From contig CAWCSE010000003.1 in the NCBI GenBank assembly GCA_963798165.1, forward strand, positions 178,014-242,013: 64,000 nucleotides of DNA, read 5' to 3'. This document shows positions 9,851-19,690 of the stretch, piece after piece; within the stretch, counting starts at the first letter, position 1; every line of letters starts with the position of its first letter. The notes under the pieces were generated by a model that was not told the origin of the DNA, did not search any database, and was given only the letters and a program-made list of their open reading frames with translations. The position numbers and the translations under genes are program-made. Source of the stretch: an uncultured Solirubrobacterales bacterium. GTDB lineage: Bacteria; Actinomycetota; Thermoleophilia; Solirubrobacterales; 70-9.

Positions 9851-10755
9851 GCATGTCGGAGAGCGCCGGGCCGGAGCGGCCGAACGTCGGATCGACCCCG
9901 CCTCCCGGCTCGTCGGTGGAGGCCGGCGCCGGGCTGCCGGCGGCCACGGCGATCCCGGGACGCTCGACGCCGCCGCCCCTTGCCGGTGCATCCGGACCGC
10001 CCCCGAGGCCCGGAGAGCCGCCCCGGCCGAAGCGGGGTGGCTTCTTCATGACCCGATACGTCGGCATACCCGTGACCGGCTGGCACGGCCTGAACGCCGC
10101 GATCGGCGTGCTGATCGCGGCGCTCGCGATGATCATCGGCACGATCGCCGTCGCGATCTTCGACCCCCAGTTCGACACGACGGCGGGCAAGGACGCGGCG
10201 CAGCTGATGGTCGCGCTGGCCCTCGGGGGCACCGCCCTCGGCTTCGCGCTCGTCGACTCCGGCGGAAGGGTCAAGGATGCGTTCGGCAGGCTCGGGCTCG
10301 GTGCCCGGATAACGCTCGCGGCGGTTGGGCTGGCGCTGCTCGCCTGGGTCATCTACATCGTCCTCGCCGCCGTCCTGACGCCCCTGCTCCAGCCCGATCA
10401 GCAGGACGTGACCAACGAGCTCGGGACCAACAAGGACTCGGCGCTCAGCATCGCGATCGCAGGCTTCCTGATCGTCGTGCTGGCGCCACTGTCGGAGGAG
10501 CTGTTCTTCCGCGGTTTCATGTTCGCCAGCCTGCGCCGCTCGATGCCACTCTGGCCGGCGGCGCTGATCGCGGCGGTCGTCTGGGGCTCGCTGCACCTGA
10601 GCGGCGGCAACATCGGCGTCGCCATCCAGCTCTCGGTGTTCGGCGTGATCCTCGCCTGGCTCTACGAGCGCAGCGGCACCCTCTGGGCACCGATAACTGC
10701 GCACGCACTGAACAACACGATCGCCTTCATCCTGCTCATCAACAACTCGACCTGA
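9847..10755 (+). CDS. CPBP-family intramembrane glutamic endopeptidase (CAAX protease/Abi family)
   Basis: ATGA overlap with the HAD stop. Pro-rich N-terminus, then TM helices carrying LSEELFFRGF, WGSLH and HALNN motifs. Confidence 0.8.
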   Translation: MSMSESAGPERPNVGSTPPPGSSVEAGAGLPAATAIPGRSTPPPLAGASGPPPRPGEPPRPKRGGFFMTRYVGIPVTGWHGLNAAIGVLIAALAMIIGTIAVAIFDPQFDTTAGKDAAQLMVALALGGTALGFALVDSGGRVKDAFGRLGLGARITLAAVGLALLAWVIYIVLAAVLTPLLQPDQQDVTNELGTNKDSALSIAIAGFLIVVLAPLSEELFFRGFMFASLRRSMPLWPAALIAAVVWGSLHLSGGNIGVAIQLSVFGVILAWLYERSGTLWAPITAHALNNTIAFILLINNST

Positions 10756-10800
10756 CCGCTGCGGCGATCGGCCGTTACGCGCCCTACAATCCAACGCCAA

Positions 10801-11889
10801 ATGAGCTCTCGTCACCGTTTCCGTGCCGCCCTGATCCTCACCGTTTCGCTCTTCGCGGCTGCCGCGACCAGCGCCGTCGCCCAGGAGCCGGATGCGACCG
10901 GGCCGATCACGACGGTCCCGACGACGAGCACCGACGCGACGACGAGCACCGAAACGACCACCACGCCAGCGACCCCCTCCCCGCAGAACGGGGGCGCGAA
11001 GCAGGCCCCGGGCGATCAGGCCACCTCGACCGCGATCCGCCTGCACGGCCTCCGCAACGGCAAGGTCACCGCGGGCAAGAGCATCAAGGTCGCCGGCACC
11101 GTTCGCCCGTTCCGCGCCGGCCAGAAGGTGGAGATCGTCCTCTACCGGGCCAAGAAGACCGTGAAGCGCAAGACGGTCAAGGTCAGGGCGAAGGGCAAGG
11201 GCTCCGATCTCGGCCAGTTCAAGTTCTCGCGCCGCATGGTCGGCCCTGGCATCTACCGGGTCCAGGCCATCCTCAAGCCCGGGAAGGGCTACGCGGGGTC
11301 GAAGACTTCAAGCCGCGGCTTCCGGATCCGCTACCCGAGCCTCAACAAGGGCGCCAAGGGTCCCGCCGCGAAGATGCTCAACACGCTGCTCGACAACCTC
11401 GGGTACGTCAACGGCGGCGGCTCCTCCTACAACGACGCCACCGGGCGCGCGGTCCTCGCTTTCCGCAAGGTCAACGGGATGGCTCGCAAGGAGAAGGCGA
11501 CCGGCAGCATCTTCAAGAAGCTGGCCAAGGGCAAGGGCGGCTTCAAGCTCAAGCACCCCGGTGCCGGCAAGCACGTCGAGGCCGACCTCTCCAAGCAGGT
11601 CATGGTCCTCGCCAAGAAGGGCAAGGTCGACGAGATCTACACGATCTCCTCGGGTGCTCCAGCGACGCCGACGATCCAGGGCAAGTTCCGCTTCTACCGC
11701 AAGGACGCCGGCTACAACAGCCTCGGGATGTACTACTCGATCTACTTCATCCGCGGCTACGCCACCCACGGCTACCACGACGTACCGACCTATCCGGCCA
11801 GCCACGGCTGCCTGCGGAACCCGATTCCCGACTCGGTGCACATCTATAACTGGATCGATCTGGGGGATCCGATTTACGTCTACCCCTAA
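10801..11889 (+). CDS. secreted L,D-transpeptidase (YkuD domain) with peptidoglycan-binding domain
   Basis: 362 aa. Signal peptide (LFAAAATSAVAQE), PG_binding-like segment LLDNLGYV...ATGRAVLAFRKVNGM, and the catalytic region GYATHGYHDVPTYPASHGCLRN. Confidence 0.85.
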   Translation: MSSRHRFRAALILTVSLFAAAATSAVAQEPDATGPITTVPTTSTDATTSTETTTTPATPSPQNGGAKQAPGDQATSTAIRLHGLRNGKVTAGKSIKVAGTVRPFRAGQKVEIVLYRAKKTVKRKTVKVRAKGKGSDLGQFKFSRRMVGPGIYRVQAILKPGKGYAGSKTSSRGFRIRYPSLNKGAKGPAAKMLNTLLDNLGYVNGGGSSYNDATGRAVLAFRKVNGMARKEKATGSIFKKLAKGKGGFKLKHPGAGKHVEADLSKQVMVLAKKGKVDEIYTISSGAPATPTIQGKFRFYRKDAGYNSLGMYYSIYFIRGYATHGYHDVPTYPASHGCLRNPIPDSVHIYNWIDLGDPIYVYP

Positions 11890-11931
11890 CGGCGGACTGA
11901 GGCGGCACTGGGCCTCGCCATTATCGACAGC

Positions 11932-12486
11932 ATGAGTGCCAAGGACACACTGATTGAGGAGCTGCGCGAGCACGCGCTCGTGATCGGCGAGGTGACGCTG
12001 ACCAGCGGCGCCACGGCCTCCTATTACGTCGACGCCAAGCGGGCGATCCTCCGTCAGCCGGCGTTCGGCGCCCTCGGCGAGCTCGTCGCGGCCGAGGCGG
12101 GCGCACGCGGTGCGACCGCCGTCGGCGGGATGACCATGGGCGCCGACCCGATCGCCAGCGCCACGATCGCCGATCCGGCGGGGCGCGAGCTACTCGCCTT
12201 CTTCGTCCGCAAGGAGAAGAAGGAGCACGGGCTGCAGCGCTGGGTCGAGGGGCCGCTGCTCGACGCCGGCACGAAGGTGCTGATCGTCGAGGACGTCGTC
12301 ACCACCGGCGGCTCGACCGTGAAGGCGATCGAGCGCTGCATCGAGGAGGGGCTGGAGATCGTCGGTGTCGTCTCCGTCCTCGACCGCCTCGCGGGCGGCG
12401 AAGAGAACATCGAGGCCGCCGCGGGCGGCGCGCCGTACACGGCCCTCGCAACCATCGACGACGTCTACCCCGAGCGCGACGCCTGA
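11932..12486 (+). CDS. pyrE: orotate phosphoribosyltransferase
   Basis: 184 aa. TLTSGATASYYVDAKR and the PRPP-binding motif VLIVEDVVTTGGS. Confidence 0.9.
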   Translation: MSAKDTLIEELREHALVIGEVTLTSGATASYYVDAKRAILRQPAFGALGELVAAEAGARGATAVGGMTMGADPIASATIADPAGRELLAFFVRKEKKEHGLQRWVEGPLLDAGTKVLIVEDVVTTGGSTVKAIERCIEEGLEIVGVVSVLDRLAGGEENIEAAAGGAPYTALATIDDVYPERDA

Positions 12487-12494
12487 GCGCCGGC

Positions 12495-14759
12495 TCAGTG
12501 CTTCTTCTTCTTTTTCTTCTTGTAGGTCCAGGAGTAGTTCGCGGCCGTCAGGTTGCCGGCAATGTCGGTGGCCTGGACAACAAGCCGATGCTTGCCCGGC
12601 TTGACCTTGAAGGTCGGATGGTTGGAGCACGGCTTGGCCGCCTTGCCGTCGAGGGCGCATTCCAGGGTCGCCCCGGATTCGACGGCAAAGGCGAACTTGG
12701 CCTTCTTCGTCTTCGACTTCTTGCTGGGCTTTTTCGTGATCGAAAGCGACGGCGGGGTGTGATCGCCGGCGATCAGAGCAGCGCGGGCGTCGATCAATCC
12801 CGACCCGGCAACCAGGGGCCCGGAGCTGCCCACGGGGACCGCGGTCGACTTCTGGTTGTTCTTCATCTGCGCCTGCGTGAGAGATGGCTCGGCGCTGAGC
12901 TGCAGGGCCGCGACTGCCGCCGCGTGCGGTGACGCCTGTGAGGTCCCGAAGAAGCGGAAGAGCCCGCCGCCGAAATTGGAACCGAAGAACGAGTTCTGAG
13001 CGGCGTCGGTGGCGACTACGTCGGGCTTGTTGATTACCTGCGGACTCCCCAGCGGTGCCGCCGGCGTCAGGCCTGAGACGGGGCCGAACAGATGCGTCAC
13101 GGGGCCCCGTGAGGAGTAGCTCTCGACGACGCCGCTGTTGCTGAACGGCACAGCGCCTACCGTCTGAGCGTCGACCGAGCCGTTGTGGCCGAAGATCGTT
13201 GGGCCGACGGTGTCGCCCCCGGCCGAGGTCGGATATTCGAGGGCGGCTATCGAGCCGGCGCCGTTGTCGGAGTTGACCCACTTGATCCGCGGCGTGGCGG
13301 CGCTGCCGGGCATCCTGCCGATCACGACCTGGTAGTTGAAGGCGGCGGTGCTTCCCGGGCTGAACGCGGCGAACTCGAACGGCTTCTGAGTCGTCGCGTT
13401 CACGTTCGTCGAGTTCGCCTCGATGCTGTTGGTGGTGAGATTGATCACGTAGATGTTGAAGTCGGTGCTGACGCCGAACCACGGCTGTGCCCACTGCATG
13501 TCGAAGCGCAGGCTCGTACCGCCGGCCGTAGCGGTGACCCCGAACTGGTTGTCGGTTCCCCCGGTCGGATCGAAGTCCATGCAGTCGGCCGGAGGACTCC
13601 CGAGCCCCGCGACCAGGGAGGGGCAGGTAGTTGCGCGGTAGGCCGGCGCCTCCCACGAGTTGCTGTCGTTGCCCGCGATCACGCGGTTGTTGTTGAAGGC
13701 CATCGAGAAGTACGCCACACCCTGAGCGGTCACGTCGCTGACGGCCTTCGCGATCACGCTGTCCTGGTAGAAGGGCTCGTTGAAGTAGATGTAGTCGTCG
13801 GCGATCACGTCGGCGCCGGCGTTCGCCAGATCGGCGATGTTGCCGGCGAACGACGTGTCGCTGTTCTCGGCTGTGGCGAACGCAAGCGAAGCTCCCGGAG
13901 CGACGTCGTGCACTGCCTGGAGCATCGCTCGCCCTTCGTCGGCCTTGGAGAACACGGAGCCGTCGTCGAGGACCTGGACGGGCGTCGTCCGGCCGCACGG
14001 GTTCCCTGGTCCGGGCAGGTCTCCCGCCGCAACGTCCCCGGCGGCGTGGGTTGCCGCCGCCCCCCTCAGGTCGTACGAATCGGAGAGGATCCCGACCTTG
14101 ACACCGGAGCCATCGATGTCGTAGAGGTTGCGGGCGGCGACCGCGTTCAGCTGGGTTGTCGCCTCCGAGGTCGCGTTGCCGGTCGCGCAGGTGTTGTTGG
14201 AGCCAGCCGCGCTCGCCGGGCCGTCTGGGATATCGGCCGCCCCGCTCATCGGTGCGATCACCTCCTCGACCGAGACGACGCCGGGGATAGCCCCGACGGT
14301 CCGAAGGTTCCGCTCCTGGATTGCTGCCGTGACTGTGTTGTAGTCGGGGCTCACGTCAATGACGTCGGCGCCCGCGTCTCTGATCGCCCCGAGGCTGCGG
14401 GACGGGCTCGCGTCGGTACGGATCTGGACGACGAGCCTGCCACCATCGCGCGTCAGGCTGCCCGCGCCGCTGGGCAGCAGCGAAACGGCATCGGCCTGTT
14501 CGGCCGGCGAAGCGCTCCGGAGTCCCTTGCCGGCCAACGCGTCGAGCCGCGTCGAGAGCGAATCGGGATCGGCAACCGCCGTAGCCGGGATCAGCAATCC
14601 GAAGACGGCAAGCAGAACGGGAACGAACGGAACGCTGCGACGAGACACGGGACTCCCTATTCGGTCTGTTGAGACCCGGCCCCCAACGACCGGACTTACG
14701 GGTCCGTTATATACGTTGCGTCGAAGCTGCGCAATCGGAAATCGAAGCTTTCGGGGCAA
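12495..14759 (-). CDS. secreted subtilisin-like (S8) serine protease with C-terminal Ig-like domain and poly-Lys tail
   Basis: 754 aa. Asp region GVKVGILSDSYD, His region MLQAVHDVAPGA, Ser region FFGTSQASPHAAAVAAL. A signal-like VPFVPVLLAVFGLLIPATAVA means the true start may lie internal, near 14650. Ends TYKKKKKKKH. Confidence 0.8.
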   Translation of the reverse strand: MPRKLRFPIAQLRRNVYNGPVSPVVGGRVSTDRIGSPVSRRSVPFVPVLLAVFGLLIPATAVADPDSLSTRLDALAGKGLRSASPAEQADAVSLLPSGAGSLTRDGGRLVVQIRTDASPSRSLGAIRDAGADVIDVSPDYNTVTAAIQERNLRTVGAIPGVVSVEEVIAPMSGAADIPDGPASAAGSNNTCATGNATSEATTQLNAVAARNLYDIDGSGVKVGILSDSYDLRGAAATHAAGDVAAGDLPGPGNPCGRTTPVQVLDDGSVFSKADEGRAMLQAVHDVAPGASLAFATAENSDTSFAGNIADLANAGADVIADDYIYFNEPFYQDSVIAKAVSDVTAQGVAYFSMAFNNNRVIAGNDSNSWEAPAYRATTCPSLVAGLGSPPADCMDFDPTGGTDNQFGVTATAGGTSLRFDMQWAQPWFGVSTDFNIYVINLTTNSIEANSTNVNATTQKPFEFAAFSPGSTAAFNYQVVIGRMPGSAATPRIKWVNSDNGAGSIAALEYPTSAGGDTVGPTIFGHNGSVDAQTVGAVPFSNSGVVESYSSRGPVTHLFGPVSGLTPAAPLGSPQVINKPDVVATDAAQNSFFGSNFGGGLFRFFGTSQASPHAAAVAALQLSAEPSLTQAQMKNNQKSTAVPVGSSGPLVAGSGLIDARAALIAGDHTPPSLSITKKPSKKSKTKKAKFAFAVESGATLECALDGKAAKPCSNHPTFKVKPGKHRLVVQATDIAGNLTAANYSWTYKKKKKKKH

Positions 14760-14779
14760 CCGCTGAAATGCCGGCGACG

Positions 14780-16510
14780 TCAGGCGGGAGCGGCCCCCGC
14801 CGTTCGTTCGGCGGCGGACTTCACGAACCGGCGATCACCAGCGATTCGGGAGTCGAGGACGGCGGCGAGCTGCCGCTCGCAGATCGCCGCGGCCAGATGC
14901 TCGTCGGCGGCCCGGAGCCGGCCCGCCTCCCACTCGGAGTCGATCCAGTGCAGGGCCCGGCCGATCACCTCGCTCTGGATCGTGATCGGGTCGATCCCGG
15001 ATTCGACCGCCTCGGCGACCACGACCTCGGCGGATTTCGCGTCGCCGGCAAGCAGGGTCTGGCGGAAGGCCTCGCGGGCCGCCGTCAGCGCCCGCGTCTC
15101 GGGAGTCCGCGTCGACTCGAGCGGGCCCTGGCCGATCAGGCGGGCGGCGTCGGCGGGCGGCCCTGGCCGCGAGAGCATGTAGCCCTGGCCCTGGCGATAG
15201 CCGAGCGCGAACAGGTGGGCGAGCTGACCCTCCGTCTCGATCCCCTCGGCGACGACCTCGATGCCGAGGGCCCGGGCGAGCGGCAGGACGCCGGCGGCGA
15301 GGGCGGCGTCGGCTGACGCCTCCCCGAGGCCGACCACGAAGGAGCGGTCGAGCTTGATCTGGTCGATCGGCAGGGAGCGCAGCTGCGCGATCGAGGTGGA
15401 CGCGGTGCCGAAGTCGTCGAGCGAGATCCGCACGCCGAGAGCGCGCAGCTCGGTGACGCGTTGCAGGTAGGCCTCGGCGGCGCCGCTCAGGGCGGACTCC
15501 GAGATCTCGACGATGACCCGGGAGGGCTCGACGTCGAGCGTCTCGACCAGTTCGCGGATCGACGCGATCAGCGGGTCGGAGGTGAGTTGGCTCGACGAGA
15601 CGTTGATCGCGAGCGACAGCCGGCCCGTCGGATCGGCGGCGGCGATCGGCGGGAAGTCGGCGGCGGCGTGGCCGAGCAGGCGGGTGAGGAGATCGGCGCC
15701 CGAGCCCGTCTCCTCGGCGATCGGCACGAACAGCTCGGGGGAGATGGCCCCGCGCTCGGGGTGCAGCCAGCGCGCCAGCACCTCGACGGAGGCGATCCGG
15801 CCCGAGGCGATGTCGACGATCGGCTGATAGTGGAAGGCGATCTCGTCGGCCTCGAGCGCGGCGGCGAGCTCGCGGCCGATCTCGGCTCGGTAGCGGATCC
15901 GCTCCCTGAGGGCGGTGTCGAAGATCTCGAAGCGGCGGCTGCCGGAACGATTGCGCTCGAGGGCGGACTCGGCGTCGGTGACCAGGGACTCGGCCCGAAC
16001 CGACGGCTCGTCGGCGACCACGAGACCGACCGACACCGTTGCCGCCAGCTCCTCGAAGCCGAGATCGAATGGGTCGTCGAACGCGCCGAGGATCGTCCTC
16101 GCGAGTTCAACCACCTCGGGGCTGCTGGCGTGTCCCCGACTCATCACGACGAACTCGTCACCGCCGGCTCTGGCGACGATGTCGCCCGTCCGGACCGCCG
16201 AGAGGAGCCGCCGACCTGCCGAGAAGAGGAGCTGGTCGCCGACCACGTGGCCGAGGTCGCGGTTGATCCGGCGGAAGCCATCGATGTCGACGAGCAGAAC
16301 CGCGATCGACCCCTCGCCCTCCTCGAGGCCCTCGATCTCGATGCCGAGCCGATCGAGGAACTGGCGGCGGGTCGGCAGAAGGGTCAGGGGATCGGGCTCA
16401 GCGCGATCGGCCACAGGTTGGCCTGCAGGCTGGGGCGCCTGCCCTTGGGTGCTCACGGTGTCCACCCCGCCCCCTTCGCGACGGAGGGAGGGTGTCCTGC
16501 CCGGGCCCAC
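14780..16510 (-). CDS. GGDEF/EAL c-di-GMP signalling protein with a C-terminal B12-binding_2-like helical cap
   Basis: 576 aa. AGGDEFVV in the GGDEF domain; EVLARW...DDFGT..KLDRSF in the EAL domain. The last ~90 aa (LLAGDAKSAEVVVAEAVESGIDPITIQSEVIGRALHWIDSEWEAGRLRAADEHLAAAI) resemble the cobalamin-domain cap. Confidence 0.85.
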   Translation of the reverse strand: MGPGRTPSLRREGGGVDTVSTQGQAPQPAGQPVADRAEPDPLTLLPTRRQFLDRLGIEIEGLEEGEGSIAVLLVDIDGFRRINRDLGHVVGDQLLFSAGRRLLSAVRTGDIVARAGGDEFVVMSRGHASSPEVVELARTILGAFDDPFDLGFEELAATVSVGLVVADEPSVRAESLVTDAESALERNRSGSRRFEIFDTALRERIRYRAEIGRELAAALEADEIAFHYQPIVDIASGRIASVEVLARWLHPERGAISPELFVPIAEETGSGADLLTRLLGHAAADFPPIAAADPTGRLSLAINVSSSQLTSDPLIASIRELVETLDVEPSRVIVEISESALSGAAEAYLQRVTELRALGVRISLDDFGTASTSIAQLRSLPIDQIKLDRSFVVGLGEASADAALAAGVLPLARALGIEVVAEGIETEGQLAHLFALGYRQGQGYMLSRPGPPADAARLIGQGPLESTRTPETRALTAAREAFRQTLLAGDAKSAEVVVAEAVESGIDPITIQSEVIGRALHWIDSEWEAGRLRAADEHLAAAICERQLAAVLDSRIAGDRRFVKSAAERTAGAAPA

Positions 16511-16523
16511 CCGGGGCCGGCGC

Positions 16524-18131
16524 CTAGGCGATCTGGTGCAGGGTCGGGTCCCCGGCGTCGATCTCGAAGCTGGCCAACGTCTCCGGGGTGGAGGCGCCCT
16601 TCGTCAGCGCGTCGACGGCCTTGTATTCAGCCTTGATCTTGTTCTTCGTCACCTTCAGGACGGCGTACCCGCGACGGTCGTAGTCGGCGTACTTGATGTG
16701 CGGGTCGTTGGCCACCTGCAGGGCCTCCAGCACCGACGAGGGCACTCCGAGGTACTCGGGCAGGCCGAGCGACGTCGCCGAGCCGCCGACCAGTTCGACG
16801 CCGATCGGATCGCCGCCGACGCGGCCGGTGGTCGTCAGGTCGCCGGCGATGAACGTGTGGATGTCGCCGGTGAGGACGACGAGGTTCTTGAGGTCCTCGT
16901 CCTTCCACTTCGTGAGGATCTCGCCGCGCTCGGCCTGGTAGCCGTCCCACGAGTCGAGGATGGCCGCCTGCCCCGGGGCGGGGGCGTCGACGCTCATCAC
17001 CATCAACTCGCTCGCCCACAGCTTCCACCTGGCGCTCGAGGCCGGGACCGCCTTCTTGAACCACTTCTTCTGGTCGGCGCCGAGGAACGTGCGGCCCGGC
17101 GCCTCCGCGTCCGGGCAGGGAGTGAGGATCCCGTCCGCGCACGGCTGCGGATCGCGGTACTGGCGCTGGTCGGTCAGGAACAGCTCGGCGAGGCCGCCGA
17201 GGCGGATGCTCCCGTAGATCTGGTTGGCGCTCATCCCCTTCTGCTGGAGCCGCGGATGTGCCTCGAAGTACGCCTTGTAGCCGTTGCGGCGCCGCCGCAG
17301 GAACGGAACCCGGCGCGGGTAACCGCTGTTTTCGAGGTGCGGATCGGTCTGCTTGGAGTCGGCCTCGTCGCCGGCGTAGTTGTCCTCGACCTCGTGGTCG
17401 TCCCAGATCGTCACCCACGAGTGGGCCGCGTGCAGGGCCTGCAGCTGCTTGTCGGACTGATAGAGGTGGTACTTCTCCCGGAACTCGCTCAGCGTCTGGA
17501 CGTCGCCGTCGCCGTTCGGACCGGTCGTGTCGGCCCTGTCCTCGGGACCGGGGTAGTAGTTGTGCTCGTAGATGTAGTCACCGAGGCAGATGACGAGGTC
17601 GACGTCCTCGTTGGCCATCGCTGCCTGAGCGTTGAAGTAACCGGCCTCGTAGTCCTGGCAGGAGAAGTAGGCGATCTTGAGCGGCTGCTTGGAGTCGGAC
17701 GGGGGCAGCGTCCGGAACTTGCCGACCATCGACTCCTTGTGCTTGGTCTCGAACCGGTAGTAGTACTGGTGGCCGGGCCGGAGCCCCTTGATGCGCTCGT
17801 GGACCGTGTAGTCCTCGTGCTTTCTCGCCGTCACCTGGTGGCGCCTGACGACCTTGCGGAAGCCGGGGTCCTTGGCGACCTCGAGGGTCAGCCGGGAGCT
17901 GCGATCGAGCTCGGAGACGCGGGTCCAGAGGGTGACCGCCTTCGCGGTCGGGAAGCCCGAGGAGACCCCGTGGGCGAACTTGCCGCCCTTCGCCGCTGGG
18001 AACGCAGCGCTGCGGGCCATCGCCGCATAGTTGAGGGGGACGGCCGCTGCCGCTCCCACGGCCGCGCCGGCGACCAGGAACTCGCGACGCCTCAGGTTCG
18101 CGCCACCGATGATCTCGCTCTCGTCAGCCAT
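16524..18131 (-). CDS. phoD: alkaline phosphatase D family protein, Tat-exported
   Basis: 535 aa. Twin-arginine signal RRREFLVAGAAVGAAAA and PhoD-like metallophosphatase motifs (GDYIYE, WDDHEVEDN, VLTGDIH). Confidence 0.85.
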   Translation of the reverse strand: MADESEIIGGANLRRREFLVAGAAVGAAAAVPLNYAAMARSAAFPAAKGGKFAHGVSSGFPTAKAVTLWTRVSELDRSSRLTLEVAKDPGFRKVVRRHQVTARKHEDYTVHERIKGLRPGHQYYYRFETKHKESMVGKFRTLPPSDSKQPLKIAYFSCQDYEAGYFNAQAAMANEDVDLVICLGDYIYEHNYYPGPEDRADTTGPNGDGDVQTLSEFREKYHLYQSDKQLQALHAAHSWVTIWDDHEVEDNYAGDEADSKQTDPHLENSGYPRRVPFLRRRRNGYKAYFEAHPRLQQKGMSANQIYGSIRLGGLAELFLTDQRQYRDPQPCADGILTPCPDAEAPGRTFLGADQKKWFKKAVPASSARWKLWASELMVMSVDAPAPGQAAILDSWDGYQAERGEILTKWKDEDLKNLVVLTGDIHTFIAGDLTTTGRVGGDPIGVELVGGSATSLGLPEYLGVPSSVLEALQVANDPHIKYADYDRRGYAVLKVTKNKIKAEYKAVDALTKGASTPETLASFEIDAGDPTLHQIA

Positions 18132-18167
18132 TTGCTCTTCCTCCGGTTGGGATAGCCCTTCGGCAAC

Positions 18168-19625
18168 TCATCTGTTGCCCTTCTTGCTCTTGACGTTCAG
18201 TTCCAAGCTGTAGCGGGCGCTGCCGCCGTCGTCGCTGGTGACGTCGATGTCCACGCTGTAGGAGCCGCCTGCCCGGCGCTTCGCCCGGATCGGGATGCGC
18301 GTGGTCTTCGTCGTCTCAGCGGTGACGATGTCGGCCCTGCCGCACCGCCCCGGCTTGACCCAGCGGGACGCCTTGCCGGAGGCGGTCGCGCACGACTCGG
18401 TGCCGTTCAGGTCGATGTTGCCGGCGTTGCTGACCGGGACTTCGATGACGACCCTCTGGCCGGCCTTCACCCTGGCCGTGGTCGCATGCGGGTCACCGAG
18501 CGCGAGGATCGGTCCGATGCCGGGAAGATCGGGATTGGACGTGCAGTGCGAGGAGCCGTCCGGGCGCGGCACGCCCTGCGCACAGAGAAACGCCGCGAGC
18601 TCGCTCGGCTTCTGGGAGAAGAAGCCCTGGACGTTCGCATCGAGCATGCGCTGGTAGAGGGCGTCGTTCTCGACGGTCGCATCGGCGCCCCAGACGTGGA
18701 TCGCGTAGTCGTTGCCGCGCTGCTCGTCGATCGCCTTCAGGAACTCCGGGGCCGGGATGAGGGTTCCGCTGATGTCGTAGACGTCGGGCGGCTGCAGGGC
18801 CTGCGGCGCCGGATCGATCACCTCGTTGTTGAGCGCGTAGCCGCTGGTCGCCGCGAGGCTGGCCGAGAGCGAGTCGTGCTGCGGGAGGTCGGCGTGGAAG
18901 GCCTCGACCTCGGCTTGGCCGAACGAGGCGGCCATGACGTTCTCGTTGTCGCCGCCCGGCTGCTGGGCGAGCAGCGCTGCCAACTCGTGAGCGGCTTCGA
19001 TGCCCTTGTCGGTGAACCCGGACTGATCCTTCATGTCGATGTTGATCCGCGTCTGCGGCAAGGCATCGAGGACCTCGGCGAACGTCGGGATCTTGAAGTC
19101 GTTGGCGGTATAGCCGGCCGGCGGGTCGACCGTGCCGTCGGCGACGCCGCGGAACACGTAGGCGTCATCGGGGAGCCCGTGGTTGTACTGGCCCGTTCCC
19201 GGTGCGTACCAATAGGCGTCGTCGAGCTTCTTCAGATCGGCGAGGGTGTAGTCCCAGATCTTGTTCGATGCACCCGGCGCGTCGAACGGCGGCGGCGCGC
19301 TGGGAGTGCCGAAGTTCGTCGTGCCGGTCAGCGACGAGTCGTGGCTGATCACGAGGTGGCCGTCGGACGTCGTGTAGGAGTCCATCTCGATCGAGTCGGC
19401 GCCGCGCTCTCGCATCGCCGTCTTGAACGCGTAGAGCGTGTTCCCGGGAGCCTCGAGCTCGCCGCCCTGGTGCGCCATGTTCAGGAACTGGTCGGCCGGC
19501 GTCGTCCACGGGTTCGTGTTCGCCGACGCCGCCTCCACCGGGCCGGCCGCGACGGCGATCAGCACTGCGACGAATCCGCCCGCCCAGAGCCGGAACCCAC
19601 GCATCGATTGCCTCTCCCTCTCCAT
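18168..19625 (-). CDS. secreted glycerophosphodiester phosphodiesterase family protein with C-terminal beta-sandwich domain
   Basis: 485 aa. Signal peptide, then the GDPD signature MAHQGGELEAPGNTLYAF...ADSIEMDSYTTSDGHLVISHD. Confidence 0.8.
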   Translation of the reverse strand: MERERQSMRGFRLWAGGFVAVLIAVAAGPVEAASANTNPWTTPADQFLNMAHQGGELEAPGNTLYAFKTAMRERGADSIEMDSYTTSDGHLVISHDSSLTGTTNFGTPSAPPPFDAPGASNKIWDYTLADLKKLDDAYWYAPGTGQYNHGLPDDAYVFRGVADGTVDPPAGYTANDFKIPTFAEVLDALPQTRINIDMKDQSGFTDKGIEAAHELAALLAQQPGGDNENVMAASFGQAEVEAFHADLPQHDSLSASLAATSGYALNNEVIDPAPQALQPPDVYDISGTLIPAPEFLKAIDEQRGNDYAIHVWGADATVENDALYQRMLDANVQGFFSQKPSELAAFLCAQGVPRPDGSSHCTSNPDLPGIGPILALGDPHATTARVKAGQRVVIEVPVSNAGNIDLNGTESCATASGKASRWVKPGRCGRADIVTAETTKTTRIPIRAKRRAGGSYSVDIDVTSDDGGSARYSLELNVKSKKGNR

Positions 19626-19690
19626 CGCGATCCGTACCGGAGCGTGACACTACTCCGAACCGACACGGTTAAGCGCTGGTTACAGGTCGG

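Noticed and set aside
7844-9991. The full 715-aa minus-strand ORF as one protein.
   Set aside because: The N-terminal ~277 codons (9158-9991) are antisense to the well-supported HAD and CPBP genes and are low-complexity. The membrane glycosyltransferase-like part starts at ATG 9157.
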